64,000 nt of DNA. Origin: Candidatus Tepidifontimicrobium thermophilum. GTDB taxonomy: Bacteria; Sysuimicrobiota; Sysuimicrobiia; Sysuimicrobiales; Sysuimicrobiaceae. The notes under the pieces were generated by a model. The model was not told where the DNA came from, made no database searches, and saw nothing but the letters and a program-made list of their open reading frames with translations. Shown here piece by piece: positions 9,518-19,765 of the stretch. Made by a program: the position numbers and the translations under genes. Positions within the stretch are counted from its first letter, which is position 1; each line of letters begins with the position of its first letter. The stretch lies in assembly GCA_031459915.1 (NCBI GenBank), contig JAVKHO010000010.1:42775-106774 (forward strand), given 5' to 3'.

Positions 9518-9796
9518 ATGATCCAGCCCCGCCCGTGGCACGGGCGTCACGCGGTGGTGACGGGCGCGAGCCGGGGGATCGGGGACACGGACTTGTTCCG
9601 GGAGGCGGCGGAGCGGGTGGTGCGGACCACGGGCCGCAGCGACGAGTCCGCGCGGGAGGAGCTGGTGCGGTACAACCCGCAGGGCCGGCGGGTCCGGCCC
9701 GGGGAGGTGGCGGACGCGGTGGCGGGGCTGTGCCTGCGGGGTTGCGCTTCCGTCACGGGCCAGTGCCTGGTGGTGGCGGGCGGGGAAGTCATGTGA
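9518..9796 (+). pseudogene. short-chain dehydrogenase with a large in-frame internal deletion
   Basis: N-terminal [11 protein letters not shown] is fused directly to C-terminal SDR sequence ([24 protein letters not shown]); only 92 aa, no YxxxK. Confidence 0.75.
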
Positions 9797-9806
9797 AGGA
9801 GGGACC

Positions 9807-10616
9807 ATGCGCGGGTCGGACGTCCGGCTTCGGCACTTCCTGTGGGACTTCCAGGACGGGGTGGCCACCGTCACCTTCAACCGTCCGGAGCGCAAGAACC
9901 CCTTCACCTTCGAGAGCTACGCGGAGCTGCGGGACACCTTCGAGTTGCTGCGGCGGGTGGAGGACGTGAAGGTGGTGGTGATCACCGGTGCCGGCGGCAA
10001 CTTCTGCTCCGGCGGGGACGTGCACGAGATCATCCGCCCGCTGCTGGACATGGACGTCCGGGGCAAGCTGGCATTCACGCGGATGACCGGGGAGCTGGTG
10101 GTGGCCATGCGGCGCTGCCCGCAGCCCCTGGTGGCCGCGGTGGACGGGGTGTGCGTGGGCGCGGGTGCGGTGGTGGCCGCGGCCTGCGACCTGCGGCTGG
10201 GCACCGCCCGCAGCCGCGTGGCCTTCCTGTTCAACCGGGTGGGGCTTGCGGGATCCGACATGGGCGCCTGTGCCCTGCTGCCCCGGATCGTGGGGCTGGG
10301 CCGGGCCGCGGAGCTGCTGTACACGGGCCGGGAGATGTCGGGCGAGGAGGCGGAGCGGTGGGGGTTCTTCAACCGCCTGTGCCCTCCGGAGAGGCTGCTG
10401 CAGGAGGCCCAGGAGCTGGCCCGCCAGCTGGCCAGGGGGCCGGTCTTCGCCCACGCCATGACGAAGCGGATGCTGCACAAGGAGTGGGACATGTCCCTGG
10501 ACGAGGCGGTAGAGTCGGAGGCCCAGGCGCAGGCGCTGTGCATGCTCACGCAGGACTTCGCCCGCGGCTACGAGGCCTTCGTCCAGCGCCGCCCGCCCGA
10601 GTTCCGGGGGGACTAG
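9807..10616 (+). CDS. enoyl-CoA hydratase/isomerase family protein
   Basis: [14 protein letters not shown] and [12 protein letters not shown] crotonase motifs. Confidence 0.9.
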   Translation: MRGSDVRLRHFLWDFQDGVATVTFNRPERKNPFTFESYAELRDTFELLRRVEDVKVVVITGAGGNFCSGGDVHEIIRPLLDMDVRGKLAFTRMTGELVVAMRRCPQPLVAAVDGVCVGAGAVVAAACDLRLGTARSRVAFLFNRVGLAGSDMGACALLPRIVGLGRAAELLYTGREMSGEEAERWGFFNRLCPPERLLQEAQELARQLARGPVFAHAMTKRMLHKEWDMSLDEAVESEAQAQALCMLTQDFARGYEAFVQRRPPEFRGD

Positions 10617-10618
10617 GG

Positions 10619-11800
10619 TTGGAGCTGCACCACCTGCGGTGGCCTTTCTTCGACGCCCACCACCGGGCGCTGGCCGAGGACCTGCGGGCGTGGGCAGCCC
10701 GGGAGCTCGGGGACCTGGTGGAGCGGGAGGAGCTGGACCCCGACGGGGCGGCGCGGGAGCTGGTGTGCAGGCTCGGTCAGGCGGGGTGGCTCCGGTACTG
10801 CGTGCCCGCGGCGTACGGAGGTGTGCACGCCCGAGTGGACGTGCGGAGCCTGTGCCTGGCCCGGGAGATCCTGGCGTACCACAGCGGCCTTGCGGACTTC
10901 GCGTTCGCCATGCAGGGGCTCGGCAGCGTGCCCATCGCCCTGTTCGGGAGCGAGGAGCTCCGAGCCCGCTACCTGCCCGGGGTGGCCCGGGGTGAGCGCA
11001 TCGCCGCCTTCGCCCTTTCGGAGCCACAGGCGGGCTCAGACGTGGCGGCCATCCAGACCACGGCCCGACGGGTGGGGGATCACTACGAGCTCGTGGGCAC
11101 GAAGACGTGGATCTCCAACGCGGGGCTGGCGCACCAGTACGTGGTGTTCGCACGCACCGGCCCCGGCAAGGAAGGGCTCACGGCCTTTGTGGTGGACGGC
11201 CACGCGGAGGGACTGCAGGTGTCCAGCCGCATCCGTACCCTGAGCCCCCACCCCCTCGGCACCCTGACCCTGGACGGCTGCCGGGTCCCGGCAACGCACC
11301 GCCTGGGCGAAGAAGGCCAGGGGTACGCGGTGGCCCTGCGGACCCTGGATACCTTCCGGGCCACGGTAGGGGCCGCGGCGGTGGGCTTTGCCCGCAGGGC
11401 CCTGGACGAGGCGGCCGGCTACAGCCGGCAGCGCGTGGCCTTCGGCCAGAGGCTGTCGGACTTCCAGCTGGTGCGGTGGAAGCTGGCGTGGATGGCCACG
11501 GAGCTGGACGCCAGCGCGCTGCTGGTGTACCGGGCCGCGTGGGCCCACGACTGCGACGCGGGCCGGGGGCCCCAGGACAGCTCGATGGCCAAGCTGTACG
11601 CCACGGAAGCCGCCCAGCGGGTGGTGGACGAGGCGGTCCAGCTGCACGGGGCGTGGGGCGTGGTGGCGGGAAGCAGGGTGGAGCGCCTGTACCGGGACGT
11701 GCGGGCCCTGCGCATCTACGAGGGGACCTCGGAGATCCAGGCCCTGGTGGTGGGCCGGCAGGTGGTGCGGGAGAGCCCCCGGCAGGAGGTGGCGCGGTGA
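10619..11800 (+). CDS. acyl-CoA dehydrogenase
   Basis: TTG start; [27 protein letters not shown] and [10 protein letters not shown] motifs. Confidence 0.9.
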   Translation: MELHHLRWPFFDAHHRALAEDLRAWAARELGDLVEREELDPDGAARELVCRLGQAGWLRYCVPAAYGGVHARVDVRSLCLAREILAYHSGLADFAFAMQGLGSVPIALFGSEELRARYLPGVARGERIAAFALSEPQAGSDVAAIQTTARRVGDHYELVGTKTWISNAGLAHQYVVFARTGPGKEGLTAFVVDGHAEGLQVSSRIRTLSPHPLGTLTLDGCRVPATHRLGEEGQGYAVALRTLDTFRATVGAAAVGFARRALDEAAGYSRQRVAFGQRLSDFQLVRWKLAWMATELDASALLVYRAAWAHDCDAGRGPQDSSMAKLYATEAAQRVVDEAVQLHGAWGVVAGSRVERLYRDVRALRIYEGTSEIQALVVGRQVVRESPRQEVAR

Positions 11801-12564
11801 ACAACCAGGACGAGGCGATCCGGGTCCGTAGGGAGGACGGCGCGTGGTGGGTCACCCTAAACCGCCCGCCCCACAACGTGCTGACCACCGCGGTGATGCG
11901 GAAGCTAGAGGGTGCGCTGCGGGAGGCGTTCGCAGACCCCGCCGCGCGGGTCGTGGTCCTGACCGCGGAGGGACGGTCGTTCTGCGCGGGCGTGGACGTG
12001 GCGGAGCACACCGCGGAGAAGGTCCACGAGATGCTGGAGGCTTTCCACACCCTGTGCCGCACCCTCGTGGACGCGGACGTACCCACCGTGGCCGCGGTGG
12101 GAGGCGCGGCCCTGGGTGGAGGGTGTGAGCTGGTGGCGCTGTGCGACGTGGTGGTGGCTTCCGAGAGCGCCACCTTCGGCCAGCCTGAAGTACGGGTTGG
12201 GGTCTTCCCGCCCGTGGCGGCGGCGGCCTTCCTGACCCTCCTGGGCAAGCAGGCGGTGGTCCCCGTGCTCACGGGAGAGGTCCTGACCGCGCGGCAGGCC
12301 CGCGAACTGGGCCTGGTCACCGACGTGGTGGCCGCGGAGGAGATGGAGCAGGCGGTGCGCAGGCGGGTAGAACAGCTCAGTGCCCACAGCGCCGCGGTCC
12401 TGCGCCTGGCCAAGCGGGCAGCCTTGGGTTCTTTCCGGCACGCCTTCCACCAGGCGCTGGAAGAGGCCGAGCGCGTGTACGAGGAGCTCATGCGAACCGA
12501 GGACGCCCACGAGGGGCTGCGGGCGTTTCTCGAAAAACGCAAGCCCACTTGGCAACACCGGTAG
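11797..12564 (+). CDS. enoyl-CoA hydratase, probable cyclohexa-1,5-diene-1-carbonyl-CoA hydratase (Dch/BamR-like)
   Basis: Crotonase motifs [16 protein letters not shown] and [12 protein letters not shown] resemble Dch; lies upstream of bcr. Confidence 0.7.
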   Translation: MNNQDEAIRVRREDGAWWVTLNRPPHNVLTTAVMRKLEGALREAFADPAARVVVLTAEGRSFCAGVDVAEHTAEKVHEMLEAFHTLCRTLVDADVPTVAAVGGAALGGGCELVALCDVVVASESATFGQPEVRVGVFPPVAAAAFLTLLGKQAVVPVLTGEVLTARQARELGLVTDVVAAEEMEQAVRRRVEQLSAHSAAVLRLAKRAALGSFRHAFHQALEEAERVYEELMRTEDAHEGLRAFLEKRKPTWQHR

Positions 12565-12580
12565 GAGGAGGCGACTGGCA

Positions 12581-13303
12581 ATGGGAGTGGGGCGGGCGCA
12601 GATGGTACCGGGACCCCGGCTGACCGCGGACGCGGTGCGGGTCCTGCGAGAGGCGCTAGAGCGGGCCGGGGAAGCCGTCATGGTGGTGGACGGCCGGCAG
12701 CGGGTGGTGCTGTGGAACACGGCTGCGGAACGGCTTTTGGGCTGGCGGAAGGAGGACGTGCTGGGCCGGCCGTGTTACCGGGTGGTCACCGGACACGACC
12801 GAACCGGCCACCTGGTGTGCTGCCCAGGGTGCCCGGAGTTCGTGATGGCCCGCACGGGCGAGCCCATCCCGCCCCGGGACGTGTGCTACCGGAGCCGGGA
12901 GGGCCGGTACGTCTGGGTGAACCAGAGCACCCTGGTGGTGCGGTTCGGGCCGGACGAGGACGAACACTGGGTCGTACACCTGTTCAGGGACATCACCCAC
13001 CAGCGCCGGGTGGAGGAGCTGGTGGACCTGCTCACCCAGCGGGAGGGGTTCGACGCCGGGGCCGCGGCTAGCCAGCCCCTCACCCGGAGGGAGCGGGAGG
13101 TGCTGAGCCTGCTGGCTCAGGGGATGGACACCCAGGCCATCGCCCGGGCCCTGTTCCTGTCTACCGCCACCGTGCGCAACCACGTGCAGAACCTCATGCG
13201 CAAGCTGGGCGCCCACACCCGGGCCGAGGCGGTGGCGCGCGCGTTGAAGGAGGGCCTGTTCCCCCGCAACGCCCTGGTGGATCAGACGCACCACGAAAGA
13301 TGA
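12581..13303 (+). CDS. PAS-domain + LuxR-type HTH transcriptional regulator
   Basis: PAS (WNTAAERLLGW..DVLGRPC) and C-terminal LTRREREVL..IARALFLSTATVRNHVQN. Confidence 0.88.
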   Translation: MGVGRAQMVPGPRLTADAVRVLREALERAGEAVMVVDGRQRVVLWNTAAERLLGWRKEDVLGRPCYRVVTGHDRTGHLVCCPGCPEFVMARTGEPIPPRDVCYRSREGRYVWVNQSTLVVRFGPDEDEHWVVHLFRDITHQRRVEELVDLLTQREGFDAGAAASQPLTRREREVLSLLAQGMDTQAIARALFLSTATVRNHVQNLMRKLGAHTRAEAVARALKEGLFPRNALVDQTHHER

Positions 13304-13345
13304 AGCATCCGGACCATTGGACTTGCGCGTCTTAGAGGGTACGGT

Positions 13346-13361
13346 TTGACTGACCGGTCGG
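13346..13361. promoter_or_regulatory. palindromic operator, copy 2 (TTGACTGACCGGTCGG), upstream of bcrC
   Basis: Same motif as the other four copies; lies immediately before the RBS. Confidence 0.7.
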
Positions 13362-13377
13362 ATAAGAGGGTTACGCC

Positions 13378-14535
13378 ATGGAGCTGGAGCGGATCTTCGA
13401 CGACCTGAGGGCCCTGGTGGAGGACCCCTCGTTCCCCGCGGTGCGGCGGTGGCTGGAGGCGAATCCCCAGGGCAAGGTGGTGGGCCACTTCCAGGTGTTC
13501 TTCCCCGAGGAGGTAGCCCACGCGGCAGGCCTGCTGCCCGTGAAGATCGCGGGCGCGGGCGGGACCGTCCAGGTGCGGCAGGCGGACGCCCGCATCGCCG
13601 CCTTCGTGTGCTCCATCGTCCGCAGCTCCCTGGAGCTGGCGCTGTCGGGGCGGCTGGACTTCCTGAGCCTCATGGTGGTGCCCAACATCTGCGACGCCGC
13701 CCGCAACGGCTGCGGGGTGTGGGTGCGCAGCTTCCCCCAGATGCGGGTGGAGACCCTCTACCACCCGCACAACGCCAGCAGCGCTTACGCGGTGGACTAC
13801 CTGGTGGGGGAGTACCGCCGCATCGGCCGCGTGATCGAGGAGCTGAGCGGCCGCCCCATCACCGACGACGCCCTGCGGGCCAGCATCGCCCTGTTCAACG
13901 AGAACCGCAGGCTGCTGCGGGAGGTGTACCGGATCAAGCGGGAGACCCCGTGGCTGCTGAGCGCGGTCGAAAGCTACCTGCTGGTGCGCTCCGCGGGCCT
14001 GATGCCCCGGGAGGAGCACAACGCCCTGCTGCGGCGCGTGCTGGAGCTAGTGCCCCAGCGGCCCGCCAAGAAGCAGGACCGCATCCGGGTGGTGTTGGAG
14101 GGCGGGTTCTGCGAGCAGCCGCCGCTGGACATGCTGGCGGTGATCCAGAACGCCTGCTACATCGTGGACGACGACCTCATGATCGGGCTGCGGTGGATCA
14201 CCGAGGACGTCCCCCTGGACGGTGACCCCTGGCGGAACCTGGCCGACAGCTACCTCAACCGCAGCAGCTACAGCCCCGTGCAGCGGGACCCCCGCAAGCC
14301 CAAGGCGGAGATGCTCCTGCGGCGGATCCGGGAGGCGGGGGCGGAGGCCGCCATCGTGGCCGCGGCCAAGATGTGCGAGCCCGGGCTGGAGGAGCAGGTG
14401 AACTACAGCCGGGCCCTGGACGCCGCGGGGATCCCGCACCTGGTGATGGAGTTCGAGGAGACCATGACGGTGTTCGAGCAGGTGGGCATGGAAGTGGAGA
14501 CCTTCGCGGAGTCGTTGCTGTTCCAGTTTGCGTGA
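13378..14535 (+). CDS. bcrC: benzoyl-CoA reductase subunit C (2-hydroxyacyl-CoA dehydratase family)
   Basis: [40 protein letters not shown] and KMCEP motifs; followed by B/A/D subunits. Confidence 0.8.
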   Translation: MELERIFDDLRALVEDPSFPAVRRWLEANPQGKVVGHFQVFFPEEVAHAAGLLPVKIAGAGGTVQVRQADARIAAFVCSIVRSSLELALSGRLDFLSLMVVPNICDAARNGCGVWVRSFPQMRVETLYHPHNASSAYAVDYLVGEYRRIGRVIEELSGRPITDDALRASIALFNENRRLLREVYRIKRETPWLLSAVESYLLVRSAGLMPREEHNALLRRVLELVPQRPAKKQDRIRVVLEGGFCEQPPLDMLAVIQNACYIVDDDLMIGLRWITEDVPLDGDPWRNLADSYLNRSSYSPVQRDPRKPKAEMLLRRIREAGAEAAIVAAAKMCEPGLEEQVNYSRALDAAGIPHLVMEFEETMTVFEQVGMEVETFAESLLFQFA

Positions 14536-14546
14536 GGGGGTGCGGT

Positions 14547-15845
14547 GTGAGTACGTCGGCGCAGGAGATCCTGGGCACAAGCCGCCGGGAGGGCCGGCGG
14601 CTGATGGACCTTTGGTGGCAGCGGATGACGGAGGCGGCCCAGACGGGACACCCCGCTGCGTACGTGTTCGTGATGGCGCCTCTTTCGGAGCTGCTCCTGA
14701 CCTTCGACTTCGTCATCAACGCCCCGGAGATCACCTCCCTGCAGACCGCCATCCGGGGCCAGTCGCAGGCATACATCCAGCTGGCGGAGGACTACGGGTT
14801 CTCGCCCGACATCTGCGGGTACGTGAAGGCGGACGTGGGGGTGCAGCTCAAGCAGGGCGAGCACCCCTACGGGCGGGTCCCGAAGCCAGCCCTGGTGGTC
14901 ACCAACAACGTGTGCAACACGTACATCAAGTGGGCGGAGTTCTGGGAACACTACTACGGCTGTCCGGTGTTCACCTTCGACCTGCCCGGCTGGCGGGGCC
15001 GGGAGTCGCTGCGGGAGGGCACGGAGGCCTTCCGCGAGACCTTCGAGAACGACTGTCGCTACGTCCTGGGCCAACTGCGGGAGCTCGTCGAGCTGTGCGA
15101 GCGGGTCACCGGAAAGCCCTTCGACATCGACCGGTTCCGGGAGCACCTGCGGGAGGCCAACCGCATGGCAGAGCTGTACCACGCGGTGTGCGACACGAAC
15201 CGCCACGTCCCCGCCCCCTTCAACGCGCCCCTGGAGGGCGTCACCTACCAGGGGATCGCCAACCTGTACCGGGGGACCCCCGAGGGCACCCGGTACTTCG
15301 AGCTGGCCCTGGAGGAGATGCGGGAGCGGGTGCGGCTGGGGATGGCGGCAGTGCCGGACGAGCGGTTCCGGCTGGTGCTGGTGGGGACCGCCTGCTACAG
15401 CCACTTCCGCCGGTTCGTGGAGCTGTTCAGCTCCTGGGGCGGGGTGTTCGTGCACAGCACCTACATGGTGTTCGCGGGCGGAGGCTTCCTGCCGGGCTTC
15501 CGCTACGACCTCAGCCGGCCCCTGGAGAGCTTCGCGGAGCAGATGGTGCGGGCCACGTACTGGGGCTGGACCGGCGCCATGTTCTACCAGCAGGAGTGGC
15601 TGGACCAGGTGGTGCGGGACTGGAAGGTGGACGGCATCTGCTTCCACGGGGTGAAGAGCTGCCGGACGACCAGCACGGGGCTGCCGGACGTGCGGGAGTG
15701 GATGCGGGTGCAGCGGAACGTGCCAGGTCTGTTCATCCAGTCGGACCTGGTGGACCCGCGGCTGTGGTCGGACGCGCAGATCAAGAACCGTGTGGACGCG
15801 TTCTTCGAGGCGCTGGCGGCGCACAAGGCTACGGCGGGGAGGTGA
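14547..15845 (+). CDS. bcrB: benzoyl-CoA reductase subunit B
   Basis: GTG at 14547; [23 protein letters not shown] and [18 protein letters not shown] motifs. Confidence 0.82.
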   Translation: MSTSAQEILGTSRREGRRLMDLWWQRMTEAAQTGHPAAYVFVMAPLSELLLTFDFVINAPEITSLQTAIRGQSQAYIQLAEDYGFSPDICGYVKADVGVQLKQGEHPYGRVPKPALVVTNNVCNTYIKWAEFWEHYYGCPVFTFDLPGWRGRESLREGTEAFRETFENDCRYVLGQLRELVELCERVTGKPFDIDRFREHLREANRMAELYHAVCDTNRHVPAPFNAPLEGVTYQGIANLYRGTPEGTRYFELALEEMRERVRLGMAAVPDERFRLVLVGTACYSHFRRFVELFSSWGGVFVHSTYMVFAGGGFLPGFRYDLSRPLESFAEQMVRATYWGWTGAMFYQQEWLDQVVRDWKVDGICFHGVKSCRTTSTGLPDVREWMRVQRNVPGLFIQSDLVDPRLWSDAQIKNRVDAFFEALAAHKATAGR

Positions 15846-15847
15846 GC

Positions 15848-16687
15848 GTGAAGATGTGGGGTGCCAGGAAGGTGGTGGCGGGGGTGGACGTGGGGTCCAC
15901 CCAGACCAAGGCGGTGATCCTGAGCCCGGAGCGCGAGATCGTGGGCCGGGCCCTGGTGGACACGGGGGCGCGGCTGAACGAGGCGGCCCGGGCCGCCTTC
16001 GAGGCTGCCCTGGAGGAAGCGGGGCTGTCCCCGGAGGACGTGGAGTACACCGTGGGCACCGGCTACGGCCGCTTCAAGGTGGAGTTCGGGGACACCCAGG
16101 TGACGGAGATCAGCTGCCACGCCCGGGGAGCGTGCTTTTTGTTCCCCAACACCCGCACGGTGCTGGACATCGGCGGCCAGGACACCAAGGCCATCCGGGT
16201 GGGGCCCGGGGGGGAGGTGCTGGACTTCTGCATGAACGACAAGTGCTCTGCGGGCACGGGCCGGTTCCTGGGGGCGGCGTCTGCGGCCCTGGAGATCCCC
16301 CTGGGGGAGCTGGGCCCCCTGGCTCTGACGGCCCGCAACCCCGTGACCATCACCACCACGTGCACGGTGTTCGCGGAGTCGGAGATCCTGGGTTGGCTGG
16401 CGAGGGGGCGCAAGGTGGAGGACATCCTCATGGGGGTGCACGCCTCCATCGCGTCGCGCAGCCTGTCCCTGCTTCGCCGGGTCGGGATCGAGCCCGAGCT
16501 CACCTTCACGGGCGGCGTGGCCCGCAACGTGGCCATGGTGCACCTGATCCGGGAGATGAGCGGGGTTCCGGTGAACGTCAGCGAGGAGTCCCACTTCTGT
16601 GGCGCCATCGGCGCCGCCCTGTTCGCCCTGGACCACGTCCTGCTGGGCGAGCGGGCGGGGGCGGCCGTGGCCGCGGGAGGGCAGTAG
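15848..16687 (+). CDS. bcrA: benzoyl-CoA reductase ATPase subunit A (short, BzdQ/HgdC-like)
   Basis: [36 protein letters not shown] and CTVFAESE motifs; start could be 15842, 15848 or 15854. Confidence 0.8.
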   Translation: MKMWGARKVVAGVDVGSTQTKAVILSPEREIVGRALVDTGARLNEAARAAFEAALEEAGLSPEDVEYTVGTGYGRFKVEFGDTQVTEISCHARGACFLFPNTRTVLDIGGQDTKAIRVGPGGEVLDFCMNDKCSAGTGRFLGAASAALEIPLGELGPLALTARNPVTITTTCTVFAESEILGWLARGRKVEDILMGVHASIASRSLSLLRRVGIEPELTFTGGVARNVAMVHLIREMSGVPVNVSEESHFCGAIGAALFALDHVLLGERAGAAVAAGGQ

Positions 16688-16689
16688 CC

Positions 16690-17493
16690 ATGCTGGTGGC
16701 CGGGATCGACGTGGGCGCCACCTACACGAAGGTGGTGCTGTGCCACGACGGGAAGGTGTTGGGCCGCAGCCTGTCGCCCACGGGGTTCAACTTCGCCCGG
16801 GCCGCGGAGCGGGGGCTTTCGGCAGCCCTGGAGAGTGCGGGGCTCCGGCGCGAGGACGTGGACTACGTGGCCGCCACCGGCTACGGCCGCCACATGGTCC
16901 CCTTCCGGGACCTCGCGCTCACCGACCTCACGGCGCAGGCGTGGGCCATCCACCGCCTGTACCCCGACGCCCGGACCATCCTGGACATCGGCGGGCAGAA
17001 CGTGAAGGCCATCCGGGTGGACGAGCGGGGTCGGGTGCGGGCCTTCCGGCTGAACGACAAGTGCGCGGCGGGCAGCGGGGCGTTCCTCGAGAAGACCATG
17101 CGCTACATGGGCTACACCGCCGCGGACATCGCCCGCCTGGCGGAGGCGGCCCAGGACCCCGCGGTGGTGAGCAGCGTGTGCGCGGTGTTCGCGGAGAGTG
17201 AGGTGATCAACCACCTGGTGGCCGGTCGCAGCGCGGAGGACGTGTGCGCGGGCGCCATCGTGGCCCTGGCCGGCCGGGCCGGCCAGTTGGTGAAGCGCCT
17301 GCGGGGCGAACCCCAGTACGTGCTGACCGGAGGCCTCACCCGGGTCCCGCTGATGCGCCGGTGCCTGGAGCAGGACCTGCGGGTGAGCTTCGTGGTCCCG
17401 CCGGAAGAGGAGGGGGTGTACGCGGCGGCCCTCGGGGCGGCCCAGCTGGCCCAGGAACGGCTTCGCCGGACCGCGCAGCGGGCCACCGCCTGA
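16690..17493 (+). CDS. bcrD: benzoyl-CoA reductase ATPase subunit D
   Basis: GIDVG, TGYGR, DIGGQ, NDKCAAGSGAFLE and CAVFAESEVI motifs. Confidence 0.8.
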   Translation: MLVAGIDVGATYTKVVLCHDGKVLGRSLSPTGFNFARAAERGLSAALESAGLRREDVDYVAATGYGRHMVPFRDLALTDLTAQAWAIHRLYPDARTILDIGGQNVKAIRVDERGRVRAFRLNDKCAAGSGAFLEKTMRYMGYTAADIARLAEAAQDPAVVSSVCAVFAESEVINHLVAGRSAEDVCAGAIVALAGRAGQLVKRLRGEPQYVLTGGLTRVPLMRRCLEQDLRVSFVVPPEEEGVYAAALGAAQLAQERLRRTAQRATA

Positions 17494-17518
17494 GCGGAGC
17501 CAGGAGGGAGGTGGGCGG

Positions 17519-18391
17519 ATGGAGGACGTGCGGGCCATCGACTTCATGTACTACGTAGCGACCCCGGAGTTCATCGCGCGGTGGAACAAGGCCAAGGAGG
17601 GGGAGCTGGTCTGCCGCATGGAGCGGGCCCTGGGCGGCAGCCTGCCCAGCTTCCCCAGCTTCGAGGCCATGCTGGCGGCCATGGACGAGGCCGGGGTGGA
17701 GAAGGTGTTCATCACCCAGTGCAAGATGTGGTCCCACCGCAACCACTGGATGTACATGGACACCCGGCTGGAGGAGGTCCTGCAGTACACCACCCGCTAC
17801 CCCGACCGGTTCGTGGGGCTGGCGGGCTACAACCCGTACCGGATCACGGAGAGCCTGCAGGAGATCGAGCGGGCGGTCAAGCAGCACGGGTTCAAGGGGG
17901 TGTACGTCCACATCTACGGCTTCGACATCCCCCTCCACGACCGACGCATGTACCCCCTGTACGCCAAGTGCGTGGAGCTGGACGTCCCGGTGTCCATGCA
18001 GGTGGGACACGTGCTGGAGGGCATGCCCTCGGAGCACGGCCGTCCGATTTACCTGGACCGGATCCTCTGCGACTTCCCGACCCTGAAGGTGGTGGGGGCC
18101 CACACGGGCTGGCCCTGGGTGGAGGAGCTCATCTCCGTGTGCTACAAGTGGGAGACCGTGTGGATCGGCATCGACGCATGGATGCCCAAGTACCTGAAGC
18201 CGGAGCTGGTGCAGTTCATGAACAGCCGCCTGGGCCAGGACCGGTGCCTGTGGGGGACCAACGGGCTGCCGTGGAAGCAGAGCCTGGAGCAGCTCCGGGC
18301 CCTGGGGCTGAAGCCTGAGGTGTACCGGAAGGTGGTGCGGGACAACGCCGTCGAACTGTTCCGGCTGGAGGTCCCCGTGCGGGCCGGCTAG
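17519..18391 (+). CDS. amidohydrolase_2-family protein
   Basis: YPDRFVGLA, MYPLYAKCVELDVPV and FPTLKVVGAHTGWPW motifs. Confidence 0.85.
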   Translation: MEDVRAIDFMYYVATPEFIARWNKAKEGELVCRMERALGGSLPSFPSFEAMLAAMDEAGVEKVFITQCKMWSHRNHWMYMDTRLEEVLQYTTRYPDRFVGLAGYNPYRITESLQEIERAVKQHGFKGVYVHIYGFDIPLHDRRMYPLYAKCVELDVPVSMQVGHVLEGMPSEHGRPIYLDRILCDFPTLKVVGAHTGWPWVEELISVCYKWETVWIGIDAWMPKYLKPELVQFMNSRLGQDRCLWGTNGLPWKQSLEQLRALGLKPEVYRKVVRDNAVELFRLEVPVRAG

Positions 18392-18438
18392 GCGTCGTCT
18401 GCGGCCGGGACCCCGACCATCCTGAGGCGGAGGGGAGC

Positions 18439-19194
18439 ATGGAGTTCCAGGATCGCGTGGCGCTGGTCACGGGCGGGGCGAGCGGCATCGGTCGGGCAAC
18501 CTGCCTGGCCCTGGCCGCTCGAGGGGCGCGGGTGGCGGTGGCGGACATCAACGCGCAGGGTGCCGAACAGGTGGCCGAGGAGATCCGACGCCAGGACCGG
18601 GAAGCCCTGGCCGTGGGCATGGACGTCACGAACCGGGCCCACGTGGCCCAGGCGGTGCAGCAGGTCCTGGATCGCTGGGGCCGGGTGGACGTGCTCATTA
18701 ACGCCGCGGGTTGGGATCGCATCGTTCCCTTCCTGGAGAGCACCGAGGACCTGTGGGACCGGGTGATCAACATCAACTTCCGCGGGGTGCTGAACACCTG
18801 TCACGTGGTCCTGCCCCACATGGTGCAGCGGGGCGGCGGGGTGGTGGTGAACATCAGCTCCGACGCGGGGCGCGTGGGCTCTTCAGGCGAGACCGTGTAC
18901 TCGGGCGCCAAGGGGGCCGTGATCGCCTTCAGCAAGGCCCTGGCGCGGGAGGTGGCGCGCCACAACATCCGGGTGAACGTGGTGGCGCCGGGCATCACGG
19001 ACACTCCCCTGCTGCAGCAGATCATCCAGGCGGGCAACGAGAAGCTCATCGACGCCATCGTCCGCAGCACCCCCCTGCGCCGCATGGCCCGGCCCGAGGA
19101 GGTGGCGGAGGCGGTGGTGTTCCTGGCCTCCGACCGGGCTTCGTTCATCACCGGCCAGACCCTGAGCGTCTCGGGCGGCCTCACCATGGTGTAG
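18439..19194 (+). CDS. badH: SDR, 2-hydroxycyclohexanecarboxyl-CoA dehydrogenase (BadH)-like
   Basis: TGGASGIG, NAAGWD, SDAGRVGSSGETVYSGAKG and GQTLSVSGGLTM closely resemble BadH. Confidence 0.75.
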   Translation: MEFQDRVALVTGGASGIGRATCLALAARGARVAVADINAQGAEQVAEEIRRQDREALAVGMDVTNRAHVAQAVQQVLDRWGRVDVLINAAGWDRIVPFLESTEDLWDRVININFRGVLNTCHVVLPHMVQRGGGVVVNISSDAGRVGSSGETVYSGAKGAVIAFSKALAREVARHNIRVNVVAPGITDTPLLQQIIQAGNEKLIDAIVRSTPLRRMARPEEVAEAVVFLASDRASFITGQTLSVSGGLTMV

Positions 19195-19196
19195 CC

Positions 19197-19739
19197 GTGC
19201 GGTCCACAGAGGAGCTGGTCCGAGACCACGAGGTGATCCTGGGCGTTCTGGACGGGCTGGAAGCGCGCCTGCGGGCCGTGCAGGCCGGCGGCAGCCTGGA
19301 CCCCGGCTACGTCCGCGAGGCGGTGGCCTTCAGCCAGGGCTTCGTGGATCGCTGCCACCACGGCAAGGAGGAGCACTGCCTGTTCCCGTGCCTGGAGCGG
19401 CGGGGAGTGCCCCGGGAGGGCGGCCCCATCGGCGTGATGCTGGCCGAACACGAGACGGGGCGCCAGCTGGTCCGGAGGATCGCGGAAGCGGTGGACCGGT
19501 ACGAGGCAGGCCGCGGAGACCTGGGGGAGGTGGTGGACCTGGCCTGGCAGTACGTGGAGCTGCTGCGGGCCCACATCGCGAAGGAGAACGAGGTCCTGTT
19601 CCCCATGGGGGAGGCGGTGCTGCACCCGTCCGATGACGCGGACGTGGGCCGCTGCTATGATGGGGTGGAACATCAGCAGGGAGCGGAGGAGCACCGACGG
19701 CTGACGCAGCTGGCCGCGCGCCTGAGCAGACCGTCGTAG
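19197..19739 (+). CDS. hemerythrin (HHE) domain protein
   Basis: GTG at 19197; H..HHGKEE..LFP..EH..HIAKENEVLFP di-iron motifs. Confidence 0.85.
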   Translation: MRSTEELVRDHEVILGVLDGLEARLRAVQAGGSLDPGYVREAVAFSQGFVDRCHHGKEEHCLFPCLERRGVPREGGPIGVMLAEHETGRQLVRRIAEAVDRYEAGRGDLGEVVDLAWQYVELLRAHIAKENEVLFPMGEAVLHPSDDADVGRCYDGVEHQQGAEEHRRLTQLAARLSRPS

Positions 19740-19765
19740 ACCCCAGCGCTGGCCTCCGGCCGCCG

